From positions 1 through 39,801 of the forward strand of contig JAYKHR010000044.1 in the NCBI GenBank assembly GCA_035285125.1: 39,801 nucleotides of DNA, read 5' to 3'. Every line of letters starts with the position of its first letter. The stretch's first letter is position 1. The notes beneath the pieces were generated by a model. The model did not search any database. It was given only the letters and a program-made list of their open reading frames with translations, and was not told the origin of the DNA. Positions 8,765-17,333 of the stretch are shown in pieces. The position numbers were made by a program, and so were the translations under genes. This DNA is from Candidatus Sericytochromatia bacterium. GTDB taxonomy: Bacteria; Cyanobacteriota; Sericytochromatia; S15B-MN24; JAQBPE01.

Positions 8765-9517
8765 ATGACGAAGTGCCCGCCCCCCTCGGCCCTGACGTGC
8801 GAGGTCGTGACGCTGCCCGTGGACGCCGCGTGCGAGGCCGCCGTCGCGGACCTGCTGGCCGCGGCGTTCCCCGGCATGCCCCAGGCCGAGACGAGGGGCC
8901 GCTTCGCCGCCTACACGCACCTGGCCTTGGCGCGGGAGGACGGCCGGGTGGTCGGCGCCCTCTTTTTCTCGCGGCACGAAACGGCGCGCCGGGTGTACTG
9001 GGGGTTCAGGATGAACGGCGTCTCGGCGGCCATCCAGTCGAAAGGCGTCCTGACGCGGATGGCGTGGGCGGGCTTCCGGCAGCTGATCATCCCCGAGTGG
9101 TGGCGGTGCGCCGTGATGAGGCGCCCTGACCGGCGGCAGGAGGTCGTGTGCTTCGCGCGCGTCTGCAACCCCATCGCCGCCCGGGCGATGTCCGCCGTCC
9201 GCACCATGGAACCCAGGTTTGTCGACGGCTGCCCGCCGTCGGCCTGGGCGCAGGACGTCTACGGCGAGCTGCGCGAGGCCGCGGGCATCGCGTCGCTCGA
9301 GGTCGCCACGGGGCTTTGCCCGAACTCGGCCCAGGAACACGGCATCGCCCCTCAGGTGCGCCTGGACGGACGCTTCCCGCGCTTCTTCCAGGCCTGGGAA
9401 GCCACGGTGCCGCCCGGATCCGAGCTCGTGATCATCTTCCGCGTGGGCCTCGGGATGCTGGTCAGGAACGTCTCGTCCCGCCTGGTGGTGCTGTTGAAGC
9501 GCGCCCTGTCGCCCTGA
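8765..9517 (+). CDS. GNAT-fold acyltransferase-like protein
   Basis: 'LALAREDGRVVGALF' strand pair and acyl-CoA loop-like 'VSAAIQSKGVLTRM'; AAGGAG RBS. Confidence 0.62.
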   Translation: MTKCPPPSALTCEVVTLPVDAACEAAVADLLAAAFPGMPQAETRGRFAAYTHLALAREDGRVVGALFFSRHETARRVYWGFRMNGVSAAIQSKGVLTRMAWAGFRQLIIPEWWRCAVMRRPDRRQEVVCFARVCNPIAARAMSAVRTMEPRFVDGCPPSAWAQDVYGELREAAGIASLEVATGLCPNSAQEHGIAPQVRLDGRFPRFFQAWEATVPPGSELVIIFRVGLGMLVRNVSSRLVVLLKRALSP

Positions 9518-9544
9518 GCCCCTGCGGAAGGCAGCCCGGCGCGC

Positions 9545-10033
9545 CTACTCCCCCCGCTGCGCCCGCCAGAGCCCCCGCAGCCGCTCCCGGCTTGCGAACA
9601 GGTGGGCCGCGTGGCCACGGCAGTCCTCCAGCACGGCCTCGCCCCCGGCCTCCTCGGGCCCGAGCCAGGCGGCCGGCTGGTCGGGCTCCGTGACGAGCGG
9701 CCCGGGCGTCGGCGCCACGGCCACGTAGACGAAGTCCAGGTGCCGGTGGCTCCCCAGATCCTCCACCTGCACGAGCAGGGGCGTCGCGATCCGGTAGGCC
9801 CGGGCGCTGCCGGCCCTGGGGAGCTCGGGCGTCAGGTCCAGCAGCTCGACGCGCTGCCCCGTCTCCTCGAAGACCTCGCGGACGGCGCTCTCCACCGGCG
9901 TCTCACCCGGGTCGACGTGCCCGCCCGGCGGCAGCCAGCGGCCCGCGAGCGGCGGCTTGCGATGACGCACGAAGAGCAAGCGCTCGAAGGCCGGATCGAA
10001 GACGTAGACGGCGGTGGCTTCGTGGATCTCCAC
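9545..10033 (-). CDS. NUDIX hydrolase
   Basis: Nudix box 'PGGHVDPGETPVESAVREVFEETG'. Confidence 0.93.
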   Translation of the reverse strand: MEIHEATAVYVFDPAFERLLFVRHRKPPLAGRWLPPGGHVDPGETPVESAVREVFEETGQRVELLDLTPELPRAGSARAYRIATPLLVQVEDLGSHRHLDFVYVAVAPTPGPLVTEPDQPAAWLGPEEAGGEAVLEDCRGHAAHLFASRERLRGLWRAQRGE

Positions 10034-10174
10034 AGGGGACCTCGCGGACGGGGGCCCCCATGCAACACCGCCGTGTCGTGAGGCGTCAACGCCCCGCGTT
10101 CGCCCCGCGAAGGGCGCGGGGCGAAGCTCCCATGCTATGATCCCCCCCCGCCCCTTCGACCAGGAGAGACGCCC

Positions 10175-11932
10175 ATGGAGACCGCCCCCAAGACCAAGGC
10201 CGACGCGCTCGCCGCGCTCTCCCGCGGGGCGCTGGACGAGGCCATTCCCGTGTTCCTGGAGCTCGGTCGGGCCGGGCAGCTCGACGTTGAGGGCTTCACC
10301 TCGCTCGGCGAGGCCTACCGCCTGAAGGGCCGGCCCCAGGAGGCCGTCGAGGCGCTGCAGCAGGCGCTGGCGCTGGAGCCCAAGCGGTTCGACGCCACGC
10401 TGGCGCTGGGGCGCGTGATCGGCCGCTGGGGCAAGGCCGAGGAGGCCCTACCGATCCTCGAACGGGCCGCCGCCGCCAACCCGAAGTCTCCCGAGCCCCT
10501 GCTCGAAATGGCGCACCTGCTCGCCGGCAAGGGGGAGTACCAGCCCGCCGTCGAGCGGCTCGTGGCTGCGCGGAAGCTCGACCCGAACCACGAGGAAGCG
10601 CTCGGGGCGCTCGGGCGGCTGTACGCCATCGTCGGGCGCAAGGAAGAGGCCATGGCCCTCTTCGTGCAGGCCCACCAGCGGTTCCCGCGCAACCCCGCCC
10701 ACCTGCTGGAGATGGGCGCCATCCACCTCGACAAGGGCGACGCCGAGAAGGCGCGGGCCCTGTACGACCAGGCCCTCGCGCTCGACCCGGCGTTCGCGCC
10801 GACGCACTACCGCCTGGGGTACTGGCACCTCGCGCGCCACGAGGTCGAGAAGGCCTTCCAGGCCTTCCAGGAGTCCACGCGGCTGGCCCCCGAGGCCGCC
10901 GACACCTGCCTGGGCATGGCCCTGGTTTATGAGCGCCTGGAGCGCTGGGACGCCGCCCTCACGGAGTACAAGAAGGCCCTGGACCTCGCGCCGGGACACT
11001 TCGTCGCGTGCGACGCGATGGGCCTCGTGCACCTGAGGCGCGGGAAGCTGGACATGGCGCTGGCGTCCTTCCTCAACGCCGTGCGTCTCAACGCGCGCTT
11101 CGCGCCGGGGCACCTGCACCTCGGCCAGGCTCACGAGGCGATGGGGAAGGCCGCCGAGGCCATCTCGTCCTACGAGCAGGCCCTGGTGCTCGACCCGCGC
11201 CTCACGGACTGCTACGTCAGCCTCGGCACGCTCTACCTGCGGCGAGGAGAGGTGGACCGGGCGCGCGCCTACCTGCAGAAGGCCCTGCCGATCGCCCCTG
11301 AGGACGCCCGCATCCCGGCGGGCATGGCCCGCCTCGCGCTGGCGGCCGGCGACGTCGCGGCGGCGCGCGAAGCCGCCGACCAGGCGCTCGCCCTCGCCCC
11401 GGAGGGCCTCGACGCGCTGGTCGCCCACGCGGCCGTGCTCGACGCCGAGGACAAACCCAGCAAGGCGGCCGACGCCTACGAGCGCGCCCTGGCGATCGCC
11501 CCGGCCGACGTCGACCTGCTCGACCGGCAGGCCCTGGCCCTCAGCGCCGCCAACCGCCACAAGCAGGCGCTCGAGGCCATCGACCGGGCGCAGGCCATCC
11601 GGCCGAACGACGCGCAGTTCGAGTACCACGCGGGCCGCATCCTGGCGGCGGCAGGTGACACCGAGAAGGCGCTGGAGGCGATGGACTCGGCCCTGAGGCT
11701 CGACCCCAACCTCTGGGAGTGCCAGTTCGAGCTGGCCCGCCTGCTGGAGAAAGCCGGCCGGCTGGAGCCGGCGCTCCGCTGCTACGACGAGATCCTCGAG
11801 GCCAAGGACCAAGGCAGGCTGCCTGAGAGCGAGCTCACGGAGAAAAGCCTGGCTCGCTACCGCGCCATCCGGGCCGAGCTCGAGGGCGGGCGCAAGGGTG
11901 GCTGGCTCGCCCGCCTGTTCGGCAAGGGCTGA
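10175..11932 (+). CDS. Tetratricopeptide repeat protein (about 15 TPRs)
   Basis: Continuous 34-aa TPR periodicity (LG..Y...G....A......AL.L.P); AGGAG RBS; TGc-TATGAT -10 upstream. Confidence 0.92.
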   Translation: METAPKTKADALAALSRGALDEAIPVFLELGRAGQLDVEGFTSLGEAYRLKGRPQEAVEALQQALALEPKRFDATLALGRVIGRWGKAEEALPILERAAAANPKSPEPLLEMAHLLAGKGEYQPAVERLVAARKLDPNHEEALGALGRLYAIVGRKEEAMALFVQAHQRFPRNPAHLLEMGAIHLDKGDAEKARALYDQALALDPAFAPTHYRLGYWHLARHEVEKAFQAFQESTRLAPEAADTCLGMALVYERLERWDAALTEYKKALDLAPGHFVACDAMGLVHLRRGKLDMALASFLNAVRLNARFAPGHLHLGQAHEAMGKAAEAISSYEQALVLDPRLTDCYVSLGTLYLRRGEVDRARAYLQKALPIAPEDARIPAGMARLALAAGDVAAAREAADQALALAPEGLDALVAHAAVLDAEDKPSKAADAYERALAIAPADVDLLDRQALALSAANRHKQALEAIDRAQAIRPNDAQFEYHAGRILAAAGDTEKALEAMDSALRLDPNLWECQFELARLLEKAGRLEPALRCYDEILEAKDQGRLPESELTEKSLARYRAIRAELEGGRKGGWLARLFGKG

Positions 11933-11938
11933 CGCCCC

Positions 11939-12763
11939 TCAGGCCGGTGGCCCGAACAGGGCGGCCGAACGCTCCATCGCGCGGATGGTCGCGAGATCGT
12001 CGTGCTCGAACGCCGTCACGAGGCGCCGCACCTCGCGGGCCACGGCGCGGGCATCCGTGGCGATCGCGGCCTCCGGCACCCGCACCACGACCCAGCCGCG
12101 TTTGAGGAAGGCCAGGTTCCGCGCGCGGTCCTTCTCGAAGCTGTGGTGGGCCGCCTCGTCCACCTCCACGTCGAGGTACAGGCGGTGGCTCGGATCGATG
12201 TAGGCGAAGTCCGCCACGAAGTTGCGATCCCCCCGGCCGAGGCCCACGAGCTCGTACTGCGGGACAACGGTGGGCAGCCCGGGCCGGGCCACCGCCGCGA
12301 GGTAGAAGCCCTCGTCGGCGAGGGCCTGCGCCAGCGGCCCCTCCATGCGCCCCAGGTGGGTGCGCCGCGTGAGGCGGCCGTCGGCGTCACTCCAGCGGCG
12401 CTCGCGCCGGGCATCCAGCCAGGGCACCTCGCCAGGCTTCGCCTCCCTGCGCTGCCGCCCCCAGACGACGCGGTGCAGCGGCAGCGCCAGCAGCGCCAGC
12501 GCGAAGGACACCCCCGTCGCCGCAGCCAGCGCAGCGGCAGAGGCCAGCGCCAGCGCCCAGCCAAGGGAGCCGGGCACCCACACCCCCCCGAGTTGCGCGG
12601 CCGGTGCCAGCGCCCCCCACCCGAGGCCCGCAGCCCCGAACCCCGCAACGGCCGCTGGCAGGCCAGCCCGCGCGAGCGTGCCTCGCAAGGTCGGGGCCAG
12701 CGGCGTGCGGTGGAGCGCCGTGTAGAGGTCGTGGGGCAGGTAGACGTCGAACACGGCGAGCAT
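11939..12763 (-). CDS. Membrane-anchored DUF559/Vsr-like endonuclease-domain protein
   Basis: N-terminal hydrophobic segments; C-terminal 'VADFAYID...LDVEVDEAAHH...DRARNLAFLKRGWVVVRVPE'. True start may be GTG 12754. Confidence 0.78.
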   Translation of the reverse strand: MLAVFDVYLPHDLYTALHRTPLAPTLRGTLARAGLPAAVAGFGAAGLGWGALAPAAQLGGVWVPGSLGWALALASAAALAAATGVSFALALLALPLHRVVWGRQRREAKPGEVPWLDARRERRWSDADGRLTRRTHLGRMEGPLAQALADEGFYLAAVARPGLPTVVPQYELVGLGRGDRNFVADFAYIDPSHRLYLDVEVDEAAHHSFEKDRARNLAFLKRGWVVVRVPEAAIATDARAVAREVRRLVTAFEHDDLATIRAMERSAALFGPPA

Positions 12764-12892
12764 CGTACCCGACGGAGCGGCCCGGGTTCTCGCGCCGTCA
12801 AACCGGGCGGGGCAAGGCGGAGGACCCTTCGGACCCGGCGGAGCAGCCCGGGCGTCGCCCACCGCGCCACGGCCGGCTTCAGACTGCGTCCA

Positions 12893-12901
12893 TGGTATAC
12901 T
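12893..12901 (+). promoter_or_regulatory. Extended -10 promoter of the DEAD-box helicase
   Basis: TGg-TATACT about 75 nt upstream of the TTG start. Confidence 0.6.
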
Positions 12902-12975
12902 GACATGACCCTCGAAAGGTCGATCTGTCGGCCTCTTGCCGACGTCACCCCCCTCCCAGACAGGACACCGTCTTT

Positions 12976-15015
12976 TTGTCTCCCAAGCCATTCACCGACT
13001 TCGGGCTGCACCCGGACATCTTCGCGGGCCTCGAGCAGATGGGTTACACCCACGCGACCCCGGTTCAGGACGCAGCCATCCCCCTCGTGCAGACCGGCAA
13101 GGACCTGATGTTTCAGGCCCGCACCGGCACTGGAAAGACCCTGGGTTTCGGCCTCCCCACCCTCCAACGCATCGATCCCACCTGCCCGGACACCCAGGTG
13201 CTCGTGATCTGCCCGACGCGCGAGCTCGCGCTACAGGTCAAGGACGAGCTCGCCCGCGTGGCCGACGCAATGCGAATCATCGTCTCGGCCGTGTTCGGCG
13301 GCGTGAAGATCGAGACCCAGATCGACGAGATGCAGTGGGCGCCCGTCGTGGTCGGCACGCCCGGCCGCCTGCGCGACCACATCGAGCGGGGCTACCTCCA
13401 CCTCGACACCTGCAAGGTGGTGGTGCTCGACGAGGCCGACGAGATGCTCGACATGGGCTTCAAGGACGACCTCGAGTTCATCCTGAAGCGCGTGCCGGCT
13501 GAGCAGCGGCAGACCCTCCTGTTCAGCGCGACGTTCCCCCCCGAGATCATCAAGATCGCGCACAAGTACATGCGCGACCCGGAGAAGATTGAAGTGAGCT
13601 CTGGCTACACCCCCGCTGTGGGTCTGACCCACAAGTTCGCCCGCGTCCCCAAGGACAAGAAGATCCAGGCCCTCGGCACCCTGCTGCGGAGCCCCGACGT
13701 GGTCTCGTCGATCATCTTCTGTGAGACCAAGGTGGAGGCCGCCTGGGTCCACCAGCGCCTCAAGCGCGAGGGGCTGCCCATCGGCATCCTGACGGGTGAC
13801 ATCCCCCAGGAGCGGCGCCTCACGACGCTGCAGCAGTTCCGCGACGGCGAGCTGAACATCCTCGTGGCGACGGACGTGGCGGCCCGCGGGCTCGACATCC
13901 CCGCCGTCTCGCACATCTTCCACTTCACGGTGCCTCGCGACACCGCGACCTACATCCACCGCAGCGGCCGGACGGCCCGCGCGGGCAAGAAGGGGACGGC
14001 CTTCACCCTCGTCACCACCGAGGAGGAGCGCGAGTTCCAGACCATCATGCGCGACATCAAGCAGGCGCAAGGCGGCGGCGCCAGCCAGCCTGCGGCCGGC
14101 ACCCGGTCCGTCAACGGCGGCGTTGGCAGCCGGGAGCGCGGTGAGCGCCCCGAGCGCGGCGAGCGTCAGGAGCGCGGTGAGCGCGGCGAGCGTCAGGAGC
14201 GCGGTGAGCGCGAGCGTCAGCCGCAGGCCCAGCGGCCGGCCCATCCTCAGCAGCAGCCCCAGCAGCAGGGTGGCAGAGCCCGGCTGAGCCCGGAGCAGGC
14301 CGGCACTGCCGCGCAGATCTTCCAGGCCGTTGTGGGCGCCGCCTCCGACTACGACGCCTTCCGGCCCCTGGCCGAGGCGCTGGTGTCGCGGGGCGACTCC
14401 CGTCGCATCCTGGCCGCGCTGCTCTCGCTGGCGCCTCAGGCCGAGGCCTGGCTCGACGTGGCCGAGGCCGCTTCGGAAGCCGGTGAGGCCGGGTACGCCG
14501 AGGGCGAGCAGCCCCGTCGGGAAGGCCGCCGCCGCCGCCGGGGTGGTCGCGGTCGTGGCCGGGGCGAGCGTGGCGAGGGTGGCTTCGAGGGCCGTGAGGC
14601 CCCGGCTGAGGCGGAGCGCGAGGATCGCGTTCGCGTAGCCGTGGCGCCAGCCGCCGTGGCGCCCCCTGCAGCGGAGGAGGCCCCGGCGCGGCGCACGCGC
14701 TCGGTGGTCCGCACGGCCGTGGCCGTGGCCGAGCCCGTGGCGGCGCCGGTTGTCGAGGCCGTGGAGGCGCCCAAAAAGCGCACCACTCGCAAGGCTGCCG
14801 TGGCCGCGGCTCCCGCCGCTGAGCCCTTGGAGGCGCCCCAAAAGCGCACCACCCGCAAGGCCGCCGTGGCCGAGGTCCCTGCCGCCGAGCCCGTGGAGGC
14901 GCCCAAGAAGCGCACCACCCGCAAGGCCGCCGTGGCAGAGGCCCCTGCGGCCGAGCCCGCGGAGGCGCCCAAGAAGCGTGTCACCCGGGCCCGGAAGACG
15001 GCCGACGTGGTCTGA
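12976..15015 (+). CDS. DEAD-box ATP-dependent RNA helicase with long low-complexity C-terminus
   Basis: Q motif, ARTGTGKT, PTRELA, TPGRL, DEAD, SAT, ARGLD, HRSGRTARAG; TTG start with AGGA RBS. Confidence 0.96.
   Translation: MSPKPFTDFGLHPDIFAGLEQMGYTHATPVQDAAIPLVQTGKDLMFQARTGTGKTLGFGLPTLQRIDPTCPDTQVLVICPTRELALQVKDELARVADAMRIIVSAVFGGVKIETQIDEMQWAPVVVGTPGRLRDHIERGYLHLDTCKVVVLDEADEMLDMGFKDDLEFILKRVPAEQRQTLLFSATFPPEIIKIAHKYMRDPEKIEVSSGYTPAVGLTHKFARVPKDKKIQALGTLLRSPDVVSSIIFCETKVEAAWVHQRLKREGLPIGILTGDIPQERRLTTLQQFRDGELNILVATDVAARGLDIPAVSHIFHFTVPRDTATYIHRSGRTARAGKKGTAFTLVTTEEEREFQTIMRDIKQAQGGGASQPAAGTRSVNGGVGSRERGERPERGERQERGERGERQERGERERQPQAQRPAHPQQQPQQQGGRARLSPEQAGTAAQIFQAVVGAASDYDAFRPLAEALVSRGDSRRILAALLSLAPQAEAWLDVAEAASEAGEAGYAEGEQPRREGRRRRRGGRGRGRGERGEGGFEGREAPAEAEREDRVRVAVAPAAVAPPAAEEAPARRTRSVVRTAVAVAEPVAAPVVEAVEAPKKRTTRKAAVAAAPAAEPLEAPQKRTTRKAAVAEVPAAEPVEAPKKRTTRKAAVAEAPAAEPAEAPKKRVTRARKTADVV
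14134..14220 (+). repeat. 9-bp-period coding repeat (ERG/ERQ), including two exact 27-bp copies
   Basis: gagcgcggcgagcgtcaggagcgcggt at 14152-14178 and 14179-14205. Confidence 0.9.
14761..14990 (+). repeat. 66-bp coding tandem repeat, about 3.5 copies (VEAPKKRTTRKAAVAEAPAAEP)
   Basis: Units start at 14761, 14827, 14893 and 14959. Confidence 0.92.
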
Positions 15016-15034
15016 GGCGCCAGCCGCCAGCCAC

Positions 15035-15070
15035 AAGTCCCCCGCCGATGCCCGGCCGGGGGACTTTTTT
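15035..15070 (+). terminator. Rho-independent terminator of the helicase gene
   Basis: aagtcccccgccg...cggccgggggac stem followed by TTTTTT. Confidence 0.85.
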
Positions 15071-15091
15071 GCGGCAACCCTCGCCCCCTCG

Positions 15092-15120
15092 TTGCCCGGC
15101 TCGCCCCGCCACGCTAACGT
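15092..15120 (+). promoter_or_regulatory. Putative sigma70 promoter upstream of the structured intergenic region
   Basis: TTGCCC (15092-15097), 17 bp, TAACGT (15115-15120). Confidence 0.5.
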
Positions 15121-15156
15121 GGGCCTATCAACGGGGGACACAGGGAGCGCGTCTGG

Positions 15157-15330
15157 CACCGATCAGGGGGGATGGTCGCGCACGTGGCGCGGGCACTTGG
15201 AGCCCGTGAGTGAGTCGGGGCGAGGGACGCGCCCTGACACCCCACGCCACCACCAGGGTGGCATGGCCAGTGCGTGACCAGGTCGGTGGGAAGACCGGGC
15301 CGGCCGTGGGGGTGACCTCACGGCCGGCTC
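15157..15330 (+). ncRNA. Candidate structured ncRNA or cis-regulatory leader (unassigned family)
   Basis: Nested stems 15157-64/15281-88, 15173-83/15270-80 and 15185-88/15266-69 close three hairpins; followed by a 15-bp hairpin with a GTGA (GNRA) loop at 15297-15330. Folded by hand. Confidence 0.35.
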
Positions 15331-15413
15331 GGCGCGCGCCCCTGGGGCGATCGTCCCGGCGCGCGAGGACGGTCCCGTCGGCGGGTACAAGCGGAGCGAG
15401 GTCCCTCTCCCGC

Positions 15414-16193
15414 ATGAACCGCTACCGCGTCGTCCACCGGACCATCGGCTTCTTCGCAGGGCCCGCCGTGATCGTGGCCGCCGTGACGGCCCTTGGCATC
15501 AACCATGTCGATCTCGTGCGGGACGTCCTCGGCCGGCCACCGGCCCCCGAGGCGCCCTTCAGGGAGCCCATCGTGGCCTCGGCCGTCGAGCCTGGCGACC
15601 CCAGGCACGTCCTTGTCGGGACGCTGAAGGGGCTATACGGCACACGGGACGGCGGCCGCCGCTGGGAACGGGTGCCCATGCCCGTCAACGAGCCGTGGGT
15701 GGGCTCGATCGCGTACGACCCCACCCACCCCCGCGTCGTCTACGTGGCGCTTCACCAGGCGGGCCTCTGGCGCTCGGAGGATGCTGGCACCCACTGGGCG
15801 CTGGTCGAGTTGCCGTTCCGCAACCGGGAGGCCGCCGTGTCCGTCGACAGCGTGGCCGTGGGCCCCACGGGCGCCCTGGCGGTGGTTTCCGGGCCCGGGA
15901 TGTGGCGGCAGGCCAGGCCCGGCGGGCTGTGGTCGCACTTCCCGCCGCCTGCCGACGACAAGCGCCAGCAGGACCGCGCGGCCCCCTGGCTGCGGCTCCT
16001 CTACGACCTTCACGAGGGGCACTACTGGAAAGAGTGGGGGCGGACCATCGTCGACCTCGTCAGCCTGGGCCTGATAGGACTCGTGTTCTCCGGCTACGGG
16101 CTGATGCTGGGCCTCGGCAAACGCCGGCGACGGCTGAGGCGGGCTCGCCAGGACTGGGACACGGGCTCCGGCCCTGACCCGTTCTGGGGCTGA
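15414..16193 (+). CDS. PepSY-associated TM-helix membrane protein with BNR/beta-propeller-like insert
   Basis: Conserved His motifs 'VHRTIG', 'TALGINH', 'LYDLHEG' and C-terminal TM 'LVFSGY'; Asp-box-like 'TRDGGRRW' and 'SEDAGTHW'. Confidence 0.8.
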   Translation: MNRYRVVHRTIGFFAGPAVIVAAVTALGINHVDLVRDVLGRPPAPEAPFREPIVASAVEPGDPRHVLVGTLKGLYGTRDGGRRWERVPMPVNEPWVGSIAYDPTHPRVVYVALHQAGLWRSEDAGTHWALVELPFRNREAAVSVDSVAVGPTGALAVVSGPGMWRQARPGGLWSHFPPPADDKRQQDRAAPWLRLLYDLHEGHYWKEWGRTIVDLVSLGLIGLVFSGYGLMLGLGKRRRRLRRARQDWDTGSGPDPFWG

Positions 16194-16203
16194 GGCGGCC
16201 GCG

Positions 16204-17325
16204 TCAGCCGACGAGCCGGGCCAACCGACCGGCAGCAGCCTCCAGCAGCTCGCCAGCCCCGGCACAGGCGGCTTCGAGGCTGGTCGGTCCGGCCACCAGC
16301 GGCAGCGCGGCGCCCCCCGCAGCCGCCAGCAGGGCCTCGCCCTCCGGCGTGACGCCCCCCGCAATCACGAGGCAGCGGAGGCCCCGAGCCTGGCAGCGGC
16401 TGGCGAGGCGGCCGGCCACCTTGCCACCGAACGAGGTGGCGTCGAGCCGCCCCTCGCCCGTGAGCACCAGCTCGGCCCGCGCCAGGCGGGCGTCGAGCCC
16501 GGCAGCCTCGGCCACCAGCTCGAACCCCGAGGCGCGCGTGGCACCAGCCACGGCCAGCAGGCCAGCCAGCACCCCACCCGCTGCACCCGTGCCGGGCACG
16601 TCCCCGGTGGCAACGCCCGTGGCAGCCTCCAGCGCGGCGGCCCACCGCGTCAGCCCCAGCTCGAGGTGGCGCACCCGGGCCGGATCGGCCCCCTTTTGAG
16701 GGCCGAAGACGGGCGCGGCACCCGCTGCGCCGAGCAGGGGGTGGTCCACGTCGCAGGCCACGGTGATGGCACAGCTGCGCAGCACCGGGTGGCAGCCGTC
16801 CAGCGCGATCGCGGCGAGGTCCGCCAGCCCGCCGCCCCCGCGGGCGACCGCCCGCCCGCCTGCATCCAGCAGCCGCACTCCCAGGGCCTCCAGCAGCCCC
16901 GCGCCGCCGTCCACCGTGGCGCTGCCCCCGAGCCCCAGCACCAGGCGTTCGAACGGGCGCTCTGCCCAGGCAGCCGCGATCAGCGCCCCCACACCATAGG
17001 TGGTGGTCAGCAGGGGATCCCGACGGTCGGGCGGCACCTGCGTGAGGCCGGCCGCCGCGGACAGCTCAACGGCCACGGTGAGGCCGTCAGGCAGGCGCAC
17101 CCAGGGGGCCTCCACGGGCTCTCCGAGGGGGCCCGGCACCAGGGCCCGGCCCCACGTGCCCCCCGCCCCCAGCGCCGTGAGGAAGCCTTCGCCACCGTCC
17201 GACAACGGACACACGTCGAGCACATCGTCGGGGCGCACGGCGGCCCAGCCCCGGGCGATCGCCGCAGCTGCCGCCACGGCCTCCAGCGACCCCTTGTAGC
17301 CATCCGGCGCGATGAGGACCCTCAC
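16204..17325 (-). CDS. glxK: Glycerate kinase (GlxK/GarK family)
   Basis: 'VLIAPDGYKGSL', 'PLSDGGEG', 'GLGGSATVDGG', 'FGPQKGA', 'TGEGRLD..SFGGK'. Confidence 0.92.
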   Translation of the reverse strand: MRVLIAPDGYKGSLEAVAAAAAIARGWAAVRPDDVLDVCPLSDGGEGFLTALGAGGTWGRALVPGPLGEPVEAPWVRLPDGLTVAVELSAAAGLTQVPPDRRDPLLTTTYGVGALIAAAWAERPFERLVLGLGGSATVDGGAGLLEALGVRLLDAGGRAVARGGGGLADLAAIALDGCHPVLRSCAITVACDVDHPLLGAAGAAPVFGPQKGADPARVRHLELGLTRWAAALEAATGVATGDVPGTGAAGGVLAGLLAVAGATRASGFELVAEAAGLDARLARAELVLTGEGRLDATSFGGKVAGRLASRCQARGLRCLVIAGGVTPEGEALLAAAGGAALPLVAGPTSLEAACAGAGELLEAAAGRLARLVG

Positions 17326-17333
17326 GAAGGCGC

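Noticed and set aside
14761..14990. Tandem repeats as a possible CRISPR array (also 21660-21743 and 22056-22197)
   Set aside because: They are in-frame coding repeats with synonymous variation, no unique spacers and no cas genes.
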